Shown: piece after piece, positions 1-12,100 of the stretch
Numbering within the stretch: position 1 is the first letter of the stretch
Layout of the letters: each line of letters opens with the position of its first letter
Source of the DNA: Gnetum montanum
Lineage: Eukaryota > Plantae > Gnetophyta
Assembly (NCBI GenBank): GCA_015680685.1
Contig: MNCI01001941.1
Location: 737,318-801,317, forward strand
Direction of reading: 5' to 3'
Length of the DNA stretch: 64,000 nt
Notes under the pieces: model-generated
What the model was told of the DNA's origin: nothing
Database searches by the model: none
Seen by the model: only the letters and a program-made list of their open reading frames with translations
Position numbers and translations under genes: made by a program

Positions 1-239
1 AACTCACAGTACTTGGCAAAGTTGGCTGAATCTCTTTAAAGTAAGTCACTTGTAGTTTACACAAAACGCAATCGTTACATTTCTCACAACCGCACGCCGC
101 AACAGCACACACACATACTCACATTAACTATTGAGTTTATTTAAAGGTATCTAGGCCTTGGTGTTGCCAGAGACTAGCAGGCACCTAAATCCTGTTCGAG
201 GACACTCGTTGGCGGTCGCGTCCCAAACAGTCGCCAACA
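1..239. mobile_element. End of an LTR (element K) inserted into the integrase of element A; runs off the window start
   Basis: Ends ...cagtcgccaaCA at 239. Integrase codons of A (minus strand WPFQ*WGLDIIGPI) stop abruptly at 240. The segment is visibly richer in CpG than its neighbours. The other end is outside the window. Confidence 0.6.
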
Positions 240-2969
240 GATGGGTCCTATGATATCTAGCCCCCATCATTGGAATGGCCATGTAATTTTTGTAGGATGC
301 AACTCAGTAGGTGAAACATGTATAATATTTTCATGACATTGGAATTTATCACACATCTTATCTTTGGCAAGGCAATCTCGTTCCATGCAAGGCCAGTANA
401 ACATTGGAATTTATCAGACATCTTATCTTTGGCAAGGCAATCTCGTTCCATGCAAGGCCAGTAATATCCTAGGCATATGATTTTTGCTGCCATAGACCTG
501 GGAGCTATGTGTCCTCCACATAGTCCTTCATGGACTTCATTAACGATTTTTTATGCTTCTTCCCCACTAATATAAATTAGCAATATCCCATCAAAGGAGC
601 ATTTGTATAAGGTATTATCTCCTATAAGGACATACTGTCAGGCTCGCTTTTAGATCACATCCTTTTGAGTGAATGTCAAGCCCTGTGGGGGTTCACCATG
701 TTGAAGGTAGGCTTTAACATTAGCATACCACTCTTGGGAATTAGTAGCACTTACGGAGGTGACATGTACCGCTTGAGTGATATGGTTTGTGCACTTCGTT
801 ATCGAAGCAGGTAAATTTGTGAATAGGCATGGCAACATGTTAAATGCTAGCATGGCTAAGGCATCCACTATAGTGTTCTTGTTGCATGGCACATGTTGGA
901 TGTCTACCATTGTAAACTATTTCAGTAGACTCTTGGCCAAGTCACAATAAGGCTATAAATGTGAAGCTTTACAGGCATAGATTTCAGTAATCTAGTTGAC
1001 GATGAGCTGGGAATTGCCTCGGACTGCCAAATGTTGGATCTTTAATTCCTAGGCTGCTAAAAGGCCCCTAAGGATTCCTTCGTACTCAACTATGTTGTTT
1101 GTACAAAGGAACATAAAACAGTAAGTGAAAGGTTGAATGTCCCCTGAGGGGAATGTAATGATAGCAGCAACACTACCACCTTGTGTGGTTGAGGTGCCAT
1201 TGAAATGCAAAGTATCTTTGAAGTGTAATGGTATAGGGTTGATGCTATTAACATGTTCGATGGGGAATTCTAGCTCTATGGTTACTTGATCATCGATGGG
1301 TGAGGTTGTGAGCTATGTAGCCATCGCTTGTCCTTTTGTTGATGATTGGGCTACATAGTGTAAATTGAATTATGCCATTATAGCTTTCCATCGAGCTATC
1401 TTTCTGCTTTTGTATAAATTGTTCATGATAGCCCAAAGTACATTGCTCTTGCATATAATGTTAACCTTACTACGGAATAGGTAATGTATCCACTTTTTTA
1501 GCATAAATACTAGGGCAACACAATTTCTTTCTACTTCATTGTACTCCACCTCATAATCTATCAGTGTATGGCTCAAGTAATAAACTGGGATTTCAAAGCC
1601 ATCATCTCTCTTCTGACACAACAATGCTTCGATAGATGTGTCCCAAGTGGCAAGGTAGATTTAGAAAGGCTTATCCCTCTGTGGTGGGTAAAAAATTGGG
1701 AGGTGAAAAAGCTCTATCTTTAAGTCATTGAAGGCTTGTTGACACTGTGCCATCCACTTGAAGTTAATCCCCTTCTTTAGCAAGTGTTGCATGGGGTGTA
1801 ACTTGTTAGTCAACTTTGTTACAAAGCTTATGATAAACTGTATTCTACCTTGCAATCTGCATAATTCTTTAACGTTGGTAAGGGATGCTAGGTTAACGAT
1901 GGCCTTAACTTTGTCAGGGTCCACTCATATTCCAGCTTTCGATACTACAAACCCTAGCATGCATTTGGTTTTAGCTCTGAAAACACATTTATTTGGATTG
2001 AGATGCAAGTCATGCCTGTGACAACGCTTGAGGACTACATCTAGATCAGTGGGATGATCAATAGCTCTCTTAGACTTGAATGCTATATCATCCACGTAAT
2101 CGTTTAGTCTCTCTAAGAGGTAGTCACTGAATATGGACATCATGGCTCATTGATAGGTTATTTCAACATTTTTGAGACCAAAGGACATCATAGTATAATA
2201 AAAGGTTTCCCAAGGGGTCATGAAAGTAGTTTTTAACTAATGCTCTAAATTGATGTGGATTTGATTGTAACCTGAGAACCCATCCATAAAGGACAATAAA
2301 GCATGACCAGCTGTAGTGTCAATAAGTTGCTGAATACTTGGTAATGGGAAGTCATCTTTAATCGTTGCTTTGTTTAAATCTTGAAAGTCTATAAAAATTC
2401 GTATACCTTCCATTTTCTTGGAGACTACAATGTTGTTCGATACCCACTTTGAGTAATTGACCATGTGGATGAAACCTGCTTGATATAGCTTGGTAATTTC
2501 ATTATGTACAGCTAGTGTAATTTTTGGTTTAATTTTTCAAGCCTTTTGATTAACTGCTTTGATACGTGGGTCTAAGACAATGTTATGTTGTATGAGCTGT
2601 AGGTCTAAGCCCAGCAGGTCATTATAGGACCACATGAACACTTTAATGTTGTTTTGGAGAACCTTAGATACGTCCTTTTGTATTTGTGAATCTAGGAGGG
2701 AGCCAAGTTTTAATGTCTTTATTTCCCTCTAGATGTAGTTACAGGTGCTTCGATGAGAGGGTCCTCGATCACATCCCTGGCCTCTAAGTCTAAGGCTTGG
2801 ACCAAATGTTTGGGCCAATCTAGGGATGTTTCCAGGGATACTACAGTGTTGTCAATAGATGATTTCCAGTCTATTGATTCTAAGTTTAGGTGTCTTGTAA
2901 GCTTGCCATGAGGACCCGTCAAGGTTAAAAGTGAATGCAGATCATCTTGCATAGCCATTTTTATCAAAC
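240..2969 (-). pseudogene. Degenerate pol of element A: RT (~1660-2700), RNase H (~1320-1660), additional archaeal-type RNase H (~850-1220), integrase N-terminus (240-~750)
   Basis: RT: IDFQDLNKATIKDDFPLP, SFMDGFSGYNQI, YVDDI. RH: PVYYLSHTL..YNEVERNCVAL. aRH: TNNIVEYEG..GNSQLIVN..NTIVDALA. INT: HEGLCGGH, GYYWPCMERDC, WGLDIIGP. Many stops and frameshifts. Confidence 0.95.
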
Positions 2970-3100
2970 CTATCATAATAAGAAAAAGCCAGGTCAAGTG
3001 ATACTTGTTTGTAGCAACAACATGTAATGAATTTTTGTAAAGTAACAATACAACATAAAATAATCATCAATCGCTGTGTAAAATTTGCAACTCAAAGCTA

Positions 3101-3524
3101 CTAGTTTAAGGTCTTAGTGGACTGTATTGAGACTTGAAATGAATGCTAACATTGCCAGTTTAAGGTTGTAGCAAATCATAACATATTATATAATTTGGTT
3201 TATGATATGGAATGAGTGGTGAGATGCCATATAGGACATGGCAGATTGTTGATATAGTTAAAGCATATGCTAGAATTGCTAATTTAAGGTCTTTGCAGAC
3301 TGCTACTAGGTAGAGTTGAAAGTTAAAACTGCTAGTTTAAGGTCTTTTATGAACCATTAACAACTAGATTTTAAAAGCTAAGATTTGCTAGTTTAAGGTC
3401 TTTGCAAACCATCATGAGGCTACATTGTAGGTTAACGTCCTATGTAAACCAAGATTTCCAGTTTAAGGTCTTAGCAAATCATTAATAGGTAGACTTTGTA
3501 AAGATAGATGGCTAATTTAAGATG
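3101..3524. repeat. Array of 7 copies of motif CTAGTTTAAGGTC
   Basis: Copies start at ~3101, 3155, 3279, 3332, 3388, 3458 and 3512. Confidence 0.85.
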
Positions 3525-3667
3525 GAACAAAATTTTTGGTGGGCCCACTTGTTATTCTGTAGACAATCGCTACGCTAAGGTGTTACTATGACAAAATAGT
3601 GCTACGCTACAAGGGGTATCCCACATTAATTAGGTCATGAAAATGGCAAGTATTTTATTGTTTTGGC

Positions 3668-3675
3668 TATAAATA
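3668..3675 (+). promoter_or_regulatory. Putative TATA box of the antisense gene of element A
   Basis: ggcTATAAATAggg, 143 nt upstream of the inferred ATG at 3811. Confidence 0.6.
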
Positions 3676-3810
3676 GGGGTTTATCCCTAGGTAAACTTGT
3701 CATTTTCATTGTCAAAGCCCAACACCCATACTCAGGGCGTAGCATGATTGCACAGAGAGAGAGCGAACTGGTGTAGCATAGCAATTGACAGGGAATTAGC
3801 AAGCGAGATA

Positions 3811-6800
3811 ATGGCATCCAAAGGTGAACACTAGCACTGAGGACTTGCTAAAGTAGATAAGGTGAAGGACACTCTGGGGCGCTTATCCAAGGCATGCGTT
3901 GAAGTGTAGGAGGAGGCTCTGTCTACTCGGTAAGTTGCTACGTTGCCCTTGTTTTCCAGATGGTGTTATCGTTATTGTGGTAAAATTTGTGTCCACTACC
4001 ACTATTTTGGTTACTGTATTGGCCGCCATGCTGTTATTGTCACTGGTTGATGTATGGATGCTATGCTATGGTTGCATGCAACATCGCCTTAACCACCATT
4101 GTTGAGAATGGTGACTACCTTGTAGTAAGATTTTGGGCAATTCTGAGTGGCATAGTGCATGCTTGACGCAACGTACCATCTTTATGAAGGGTTTAGTTAT
4201 TCGTAAAATTTTTTAGGGTGATATGTGCTTAATCGTAGCATAGCGTGAGCTATTTCGTACAGTAAGATAGGGTTGAGATGATAGGGACATTGAATTTTCT
4301 CTCATCTGTGCTACTTCAAGGCTATAATTTTTTTTTCTTTTTACTGTTACACTTGCTACGTTGCTATGCCTGTTATAGGGGTATGTTTGTCATATTGTCA
4401 TACATCTGCCTATGCTTGTTCATTCACTATCTTGCTACGTTGTGCGTATCATAGTCATCACCCTTAAGCATACATGTAATCGTTATATTGCACACCTGTT
4501 ATGTTGTGGTGTGTGTCATGTAACAATTACTGTAAGGCAAAAACAGTGTTGTTATGCAGTACTGTGCTTAATGGCTATGCTATGCTGTAAGTGCCACTTT
4601 ATAATATCACCTATAATTCTCGACTCTATTTTCTATTAAAGAAAAATTTGCGATCGAGAGAACATGCTACACTACATGCAAAGAAAGGTTATGCTATGCT
4701 ATATGTGAACAGATGATTACACTGTGCTATGTGTAAACTTCACTTGAACATAGTTTCAATGTTTGATGCTTTATTGTGTAGGGTCATGTTGAAGCTCATC
4801 TTGATTGTCCTTGAGATTGTAGGGGTCTTGTGCTTCCTTAGTGAATCGATGGCCAATGTTCCTCCTCCCCATGCATGTGTGGGGTGGCAAGCAGTCTTGT
4901 TCTAGGAGGGTGCACGAGACTTCTTACAATTCCTCCTCTACTATTTTAGTGTGATTGTTTAGTCACACTTATCAGTAGAGATAGTGGTTGCAATTACAAA
5001 AATACTATTTCCCGGGGCAAATTGGGGCATTCTGAAATTTTTGACTAATGGGTCAATTAGGGGTGAGTGAGAAGAAGGCTTCAACTAGTGCCCAAAAGGC
5101 TTGAGGTGCTTAAGTTGGATCTAGGACATGCCTAAGTATAAATGCTATAATTTATACAACACGTTATTCGTTGCCCATTACATGGGCACCTATTTTCAAA
5201 ACCCACCTAGGACCATTTATTATGCCAGTAGGTGAGTTCTATGAGTGTATCTCATCGTGTTGTGTAATCCATGTTACACTAGATAAGGGTGTTAATAGTA
5301 TATATATTTTTTGTATTACCAAGTTTTATGTTGACAGGAATGGTCTTCATGGTGATATAGATGCCTTGGCATTGGCATAGATGGCCTTGCAAGAGTTTTC
5401 CTCAACTGGGAATGTGTGCACCAACATAATAGGCCAATTTGGGGGTGAGTTTAAAACCTACCCAACCTGATATTTCCAATTTTATGAAAAGTGTAAAGAA
5501 GTTGGTTGGTTGGATAGGGAGTGGACATCCCTTAGGCCACTCATCGTTGAAGATGTGCTAGTGGATCTCCCACCATTTCCCATGCCATTTAAACCTAGTA
5601 CGCTAAACTATGAATTTTCTATTATATGTTCAAGAGATGATCAGCTTTTGCTAACTTTTTATTTTTTATTTCTTGAAAACTATTATAGTGGCTAGGAAAT
5701 CCCAAGAGGTCACTATGATCACCTCCATATGTAACAAAACTAACTTTTTTCTCAAGTACGAGGAGGTGGAGGAGACCCAGTGTTGGCTCTGCAATGGGGC
5801 CCCAACCATGCTTGTCCATAAACTTCAAGAGGCTAGACTCATGGACTTATTTTTGGCCATCAACCAAAGTATCCTACCTGTTGAAATACTTTCCCTAGCC
5901 AACTCCTTCTTCAAGAAGGTTGACCGCTTGTGTACATGCATTCACGGTGTACAGGTGGTGTTTGAAATCAACAACCAACTATTCACAAATCTTTTTAGTG
6001 TCCCTTCTAATGGTCTCCCTATAGGAGAATAATCTAAGAAAGATGCAAGCCATCAGGGTAACATTGAGGAGTGGCTAAGGGCGGTAAAGGATCAAAAGGG
6101 GATCTACATCAAGAAGGTCAGGCTAGGGGTGGCCAAAATGATTTACCCTATCTTCCATACCCATGCCTTCCCCAAGCTACTCTCTCAAGGAAAAGTCCTT
6201 GGAGTTGAATAGGCTTGGATAATGAGAGATTTCATGGAAGAGAGAGATCACTACAATTGGGCCAAATACCTTTGCAAAGGCTTGCAAGCTAAAATGGTCA
6301 AACTCCAGAGAAACTTGAGTCCCATTTCAACGTGCACCATGCCTTCTTTATAGCCTACCTGCGGTGTTTTGCAGAATGCTTGTTAGTCTATGAGAATGAT
6401 GTCTAGGTGCTACAGGACTATAGTTAGATTTCCAAACTATGGATTTGCCAAGTCTTTTCTACCACACGATCCCAAGATCTCCTTGAAGATATTAGGGAAT
6501 TATTTTTGATGATGACCAGGGATCGGGTGGCACATGCCTTTTGTGCCTAGGACAGCATGGGAGAGGCACCTCCCATTAACATAGGTAGTGTGATAAGGGG
6601 CGAATGCCTCATTGTAGAAAAAGTGGTGACTAGCTTGCAACATAAGAGGTCCCACCCTACCAAAGAGACTCCCCGTACAAATGAAGAGAGGGGGAAGAAG
6701 CTACAACTCAAACTTCGTAGAGTGCAACCTCTAATTGGTAAGTGTATTTTATTATTTGGCTAATGCTCATTACACTATGCTACGCTAGGTAGCATTGCAC

Positions 6801-7298
6801 AGCGTAGCATCTGTTTCAAGTTGGTATATCTTGCCTACTATAATTATGCTTTATTAGCAGAAGAAGAAGAAGAAGAAGGGGGGGAAGAGGTGATGGCCCC
6901 TAGAACAAGCACAATTGGTGAAGATGAAGAGGTTCTAGCCACAGAGGAAAGGGCCTTGACCAATGAAGAAGGGGCTCAAACCATAGAAGATAGGACCTCA
7001 GCTAGTGAGGAAGAGGCCCTTGTTGATGAAGAGGAAGCCTCAATTGACAAAGAAAGGGTCCCAGCCACTTAGGAAGATGTCCCTATCAATGAAGAAAGGG
7101 CCCTAGCCAATGAGGAAGAGGCCCCCACCAATCAAGAAGAGGCCCCTGCTGATGACCCTTTCGTCGAGTGTAGTTCAATACTGGAGGGGCATATGAATAT
7201 TGAGGATCCTACTATGTTATTAGATCAACTAGAAGGAGAGGGGCTCCATTTTGATGTTGGTGAGTTTGATCACTTGTTTGAAAGTGTATCGATGGGAG

Positions 7299-7358
<60 letters not shown>

Positions 7359-8651
7359 NAGGAGCTTTACACTATCATTTATGTTGTTCATTAGCTTTAT
7401 CATGGTTCTCTTTGCCATGGCTAACATGTTTTACCATGTAGCAGACACCACTGTTGATACATCTGACCCTTCTTTGATCCGCCTATGATCGTGGACCGAG
7501 ACCCCTGACAAATTCACTTTTATGGAGGGGGTGGTTGACGACATGATCGACTTTCTAAAGTAGATTGACCTGGAAGTGGATAAGTTAAAGTTTCTACACT
7601 AGGATTCCTATATTGTTACAATTTCTCTATGTCACTATGATTAATGCTCTTCTATGTGTGGTTGGCAACCTCTCACCTTAAGTGGGACCCCAAGCAAGTA
7701 ATTGAGGTCAACGCTATGCCCGAATTCCCATAGGAGGTAACTGAAGTACCTCGTAACATATATGATGAAGTAAGCAAATGTGCATTATACTCGGCATGCT
7801 CCCTGTGGGAATGCAGGCTTGTAAACGAAGACCTCTAGAAACGGGTGCAAAGGCTCGAGAAGGAGAAGGCTAATCTAACTACTAAGGTGGGGGATCTCTG
7901 ATCCAGGAACAAATTCCTGTTGGCTTGGGATACTAATGATGGTAGTTAGCACACGACCTTCATCAACTATGCAAGATATTGGATGGCCATACGATGCAAC
8001 AATGAATCCACACACGAAATAATCGAATATTACATGCAAATGGACCTTCTAGCTCAAAAGAACCAAGATTGGAAGGATTACAACGCGAAGGTTTATGAGT
8101 GGCGGTAGGCATAGTAGAATCACAAACACATGTATAAAATGGAACATGCCATCTACTATAAATAGTATCATGATGCTTCCATCAAGTTGCATACCTATGA
8201 GGTATTCCTTGATATTCTTGATGCTTCTAGGGCTTATGATAGGTTCATGCAATAGGTGATAGTTAGTGAATCTCCTGAAAGGGAGATGAGTTTTCCTATC
8301 GGTGAGACCACCATTGCCACCTTTTCTCCAGGACCATTAAGATGGACAGCCGTAGAAAAGGAGAAAGTTGCAGCAAACACTGATCTGGGAGATAGGAATT
8401 GGGTTGACATTAACGAGGAGGAGATCTTGCAATGCCTCGTGGCTAGTATGGATTGTATACCTCCCAAAGTGGACGCGGGGCCATCTTAGGTTAGTTACTT
8501 CTTTTTTCTTATTTATGGTGTGATAATTTATTTTATAAAAATATTTTTCGTAGCTCTAACTGATTGTTTTATTTTCTTTGTTATGTAGGATCCAAATGCA
8601 AATGTAGGACCCAATGAGGTAGGGGATGGTGGTGTAGGTGAATACTCATAG
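3811..8651 (+). pseudogene. Antisense 8-exon accessory gene of Tat element A (unknown protein; exon 4 resembles plant-mobile-domain / 'putative plant transposon protein' folds; acidic repeat exon; C-terminal coiled coil)
   Basis: Exons 3811-3929, 4782-5231, 5338-5597, 5689-6737, ~6858-~7300 (end lost at poly-C/N), ~7442-7579, 7669-8489, 8589-8651. GT-AG boundaries (two mutated) give in-frame joins, and the peptides align with the copy in element B. Confidence 0.85.
6925..7155 (+). repeat. 21-bp (7-aa) degenerate coding tandem repeat, acidic (EERALTN/EEEALVD/EEEAPTN...)
   Basis: About 10 heptads visible in ORF 6821-7072 and its continuation past a CAG>TAG stop. Confidence 0.8.
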
Positions 8652-8846
8652 CGTAGTGGTAGAGAGTTTTATTCTTGTCTTTGGATTCTCAAAAAAAATA
8701 AATTTGTAAACCTTATTGATTGATATTTTGAATGAAGGATGGAATATAAAAGGATTTATTTCATTTTGGTTAGTGTTTTGTATTTGTTTTTAGTCTATTC
8801 TTTGTCTTTTTTATTAATTAATTAAGCTCATTGAGAGCATCTCATT

Positions 8847-8966
8847 CTAGTTTTAGGCCATTTCGGGCTATCACTAGTTTTAGGCCATTTCGACCTGTTG
8901 GTAGTTTTAGGCCATTTTGGGTCGTCAAATGATGGTAAAGAAAAATTTTACTAGTTTTAGGCCTTA
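8847..8966. repeat. 27-bp-period array of motif CTAGTTTTAGGCC
   Basis: Copies at 8847, 8874, 8901 and 8951. Confidence 0.85.
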
Positions 8967-9149
8967 GCGGGTCTTTTTGTGATGTAAACAGTGGGTGTAA
9001 TGTGAACAATTTAAAAAATAAGGCAAATGTTAGCGTAAACAAAAAAATATGAAGCAAATAGTGTGAAGGATGAATGTATGGTTGATGTAAGTGGTGATCA
9101 TGTTGGAAGTAGTGTAGTAGTTATGCTAACGTAAGTAACAATCATTCTC

Positions 9150-12100
9150 GTAGCTGCTTCATAACCCATCATGGGCTCGATGATGCATAAGGCTGAGGGG
9201 CTTTGTTGCGATATTCTTCTATATCGCTATCTACCACTTGAAAAGGCAACTCGGTCCACATAGTTTGATTTTCTGAGTCGACATTTTGGGCTAGCACATT
9301 AGCCAAATAAGTAGCCTCAGTGGGGATAGGTGCTTCATTTTCAGAAGGTTATTACTTCTAAACCATGCTCCATCTCAACATTGTTTATTGCTTGGGTGGC
9401 CACTTTGTCACCATAGGTTACCACCTCCCTGCCCACGTAAGGTAGGTGGATCTCTTGATGTATGGATGAAGAGACAGCTTTGAGTTGGGCTAACCATGAC
9501 CTCCCTAAGATCAGGTTAAACCCAGGCATCTCTTCAACCATGATGAATGTCGTGCTTGTGGGGAACTGGTCCCCTGACACAGTTGTTGTGGACAACCCCC
9601 TTTACCACTACCTATGACATGAGGTTGTTGTGGGTTTGATTTAATCAACCAAGCCTATTTTTTCCACTATGGGGAATGAGATGACATTTTTAGTAGCCCC
9701 TTCATCAACGTGTACTCTTTGGATCTTGTGCTCATCAACCCAAATTGTGATGAACAGGGGTACTATTGTCACCCGACCCTTTTCAGGGTCATCCTTGATG
9801 GACTCATCATGGAATGTCAACTAAGTTAGCCATGGTTCTTCAAGCATAGAAGGAAGCATAACCGCATGGATTGCTTTCTTCTCCACCTACATGTTTTCAT
9901 CAATCGGTATCAACATTAACATGTGAACCAAGGCCTCGCATTGTGCAATGGAGGTCATTACCAAGTCATACAAGCTTAAGGTTGTATTCTTTTATTTTAG
10001 AGCCTGTTTGACTTGAGTAAGGGAATTTAGAAGGTCTTGTCCATTTTCTTGTTGTTTGCTACCCTTCTCTTCCTCTATTTATCCTAGGAGATGAATCTCT
10101 CATGGAGGAGAAGTTTCAAGTTTGGGGCTAGACCTTCTTGGGTTGGATGGTGATGATTGTGTGTGCATAGTGCTGTCAATTGTTGATGATGAAGGGGACA
10201 TAGGCATGGAGGAAAAGGGGCTAGGATTGGAGGGACCTAATGCTATACGTTCCTTGGCCATCTTGTCCATTATACACTCTTCCCCTTTTTTTGAACAAGG
10301 AGGCTATGGGGGTGTTTTAGATTTGCTCTGTGTGGCGAGGATAGTTGATGGTTTCGGCCCCCTAATGACAAATGGTGTTTGTGGTGTTACCATGGGTGAC
10401 GACGTAGTTTTAAACATGAAGGGTGAAAGGGCAAATGTTTGAGGGGGAACCTTGAGGATGAAGGGTTGTTGTGGCATCCTTTTTGCTATTGTTGATGCCT
10501 CTATGCTACATTGAGACACATGAATCACAAATGACTACTGTGGTGGTTTTGGATTACTGTCGATGTCAATTGTGTTGATAACATACCTTGCATTGTTGGT
10601 GTTCAGGGGGTCCTTGTAGACATGCATGGATTGATTTTCAGGGCATACAGGGTTACTTTCATCTAGAACCAACTTCCCCTGATCAATCATCCATTGGATG
10701 TCATCTTTTAATGCTAGACAGTAATCTATGTCGTGACCACAAAGTTGATGGTAGTCACAGAACCGTTCCAGCCGAAAGTTCTTAGGAACTGGCGGCTCAT
10801 TGGGCATAGCCAAGGAGGGGTTTCTAAGAAGTTTGCAATACCATTGATGCCATTTGATCACCTCCTCCAACATCTTCTTATGTTGAATATACCCAGCCCC
10901 CAAAAATTACTTCAAAATTTCTGAAGGCTTGACACATAGAGGGGTGTATTTGGAGAGGTCTTTATACTCAAAGTTGGGCTTAGGTTGGGTTGATGCCTCT
11001 GGTGCTAACGTTGAGGGTTGAGCAGCATTATTTAAGCTAGGCATGGGGTTAGTTGATGTTGTGGCTTCTTTTTTGTTGTTGTTGTTGTCGGGTTTGGCCT
11101 TGTTTGCCACGACGACCACCTTGGCTATCGTAGCCTTGCCCTTCTCTTTGTCCTTTTTGACATATGCATTTTTGTACGCAACATAGGTCGAGTCTTTACT
11201 AGCTTCGGCTATGTCTTGGATGATCTTCATTTGGGTGAAAGCTGAGAGAGCATGGGGCTAGGTAGTATAGTTTTAACTTAATAAAGTCATTTACTACCCC
11301 CTTGAAGATAGCCAACAGATGGGCCTCCACGATAGGCTCACCGATCTCATTCAGGGTAGCGCTCCACTGTTGTATAAAATTTTGCACTAACTCCAATGGG
11401 TCTTTCTTGACACTTATCAACTAATCTAGTGTGACCTTTGGCTTTAAATTATACTTGAAGTGGGTCACAAACTAAGTCAGTAGCTCCTCTAGAGTTGAGA
11501 TGAAGATGCATGGGAGTGCACGGTACCAATCTAAAGCTTTGCCTATTAGAGACATAGCAAAGACATGAATAATAGTTTGTAGCCACTACTGCAACAACAA
11601 AGATTCGGATCTAAACATGACTAGATGTGCATTGGGATCACTCTCCCTATTGTATTTTGTGAGTTGGGGGAGTGGCATCCCAGGGGGTAACATGAGCATG
11701 GGAACAAATGGGCTGATGGAGTCGTCATGGTAGAAATCCATGACCTGCACTGTGTTGGATCCAATAAATTTGAGATGTTTAATCTCTTCAGTGAGGGTCT
11801 AGATAAGTTGGAATGCTTGGTCCAAACCTGGGGATGATGTAGATGGTTGTGGGGTTGTAGGGGCAACCATTGTTGATGACATTGTAAGGGTAGTAGCCTG
11901 GCTCATAGGGGGTACCGTTGGGGCTGCTCCTACGAAGGGTGTTGCCTATGCAGTCCACCACCCAGTGGGTGGTGCTATTGAAGCGGTGGCGTCTAGGGGT
12001 GTTGTAGGGTTAGTCACTTGCGTGACTGATGGGGTGGACCACAGTCACATGCTTGGTTGTACCGTTTGTGAGACATGGTATGCTTGGTGGTAAACATAGT

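Noticed and set aside
336-463. ~63-bp direct repeat in the A integrase
   Set aside because: The copies straddle a single N (399), typical of an unmerged contig overlap.
3101-3524. CRISPR-like appearance of regularly spaced short repeats
   Set aside because: Repeats are only ~13 bp and degenerate, spacers are partly similar to each other, the context is a eukaryotic retrotransposon, and there are no cas genes.
7300-7359. ~58-nt poly-C run giving poly-Pro and poly-Gly ORFs
   Set aside because: Directly abuts an N and replaces the expected exon 5 donor; most likely a sequencing or assembly artefact.
3811-8651. Interpretation as a host gene or an independent nested transposon
   Set aside because: No bounding LTR, TIR or TSD; homologues sit at the same position in B; it shares element-specific motifs with the A LTR.
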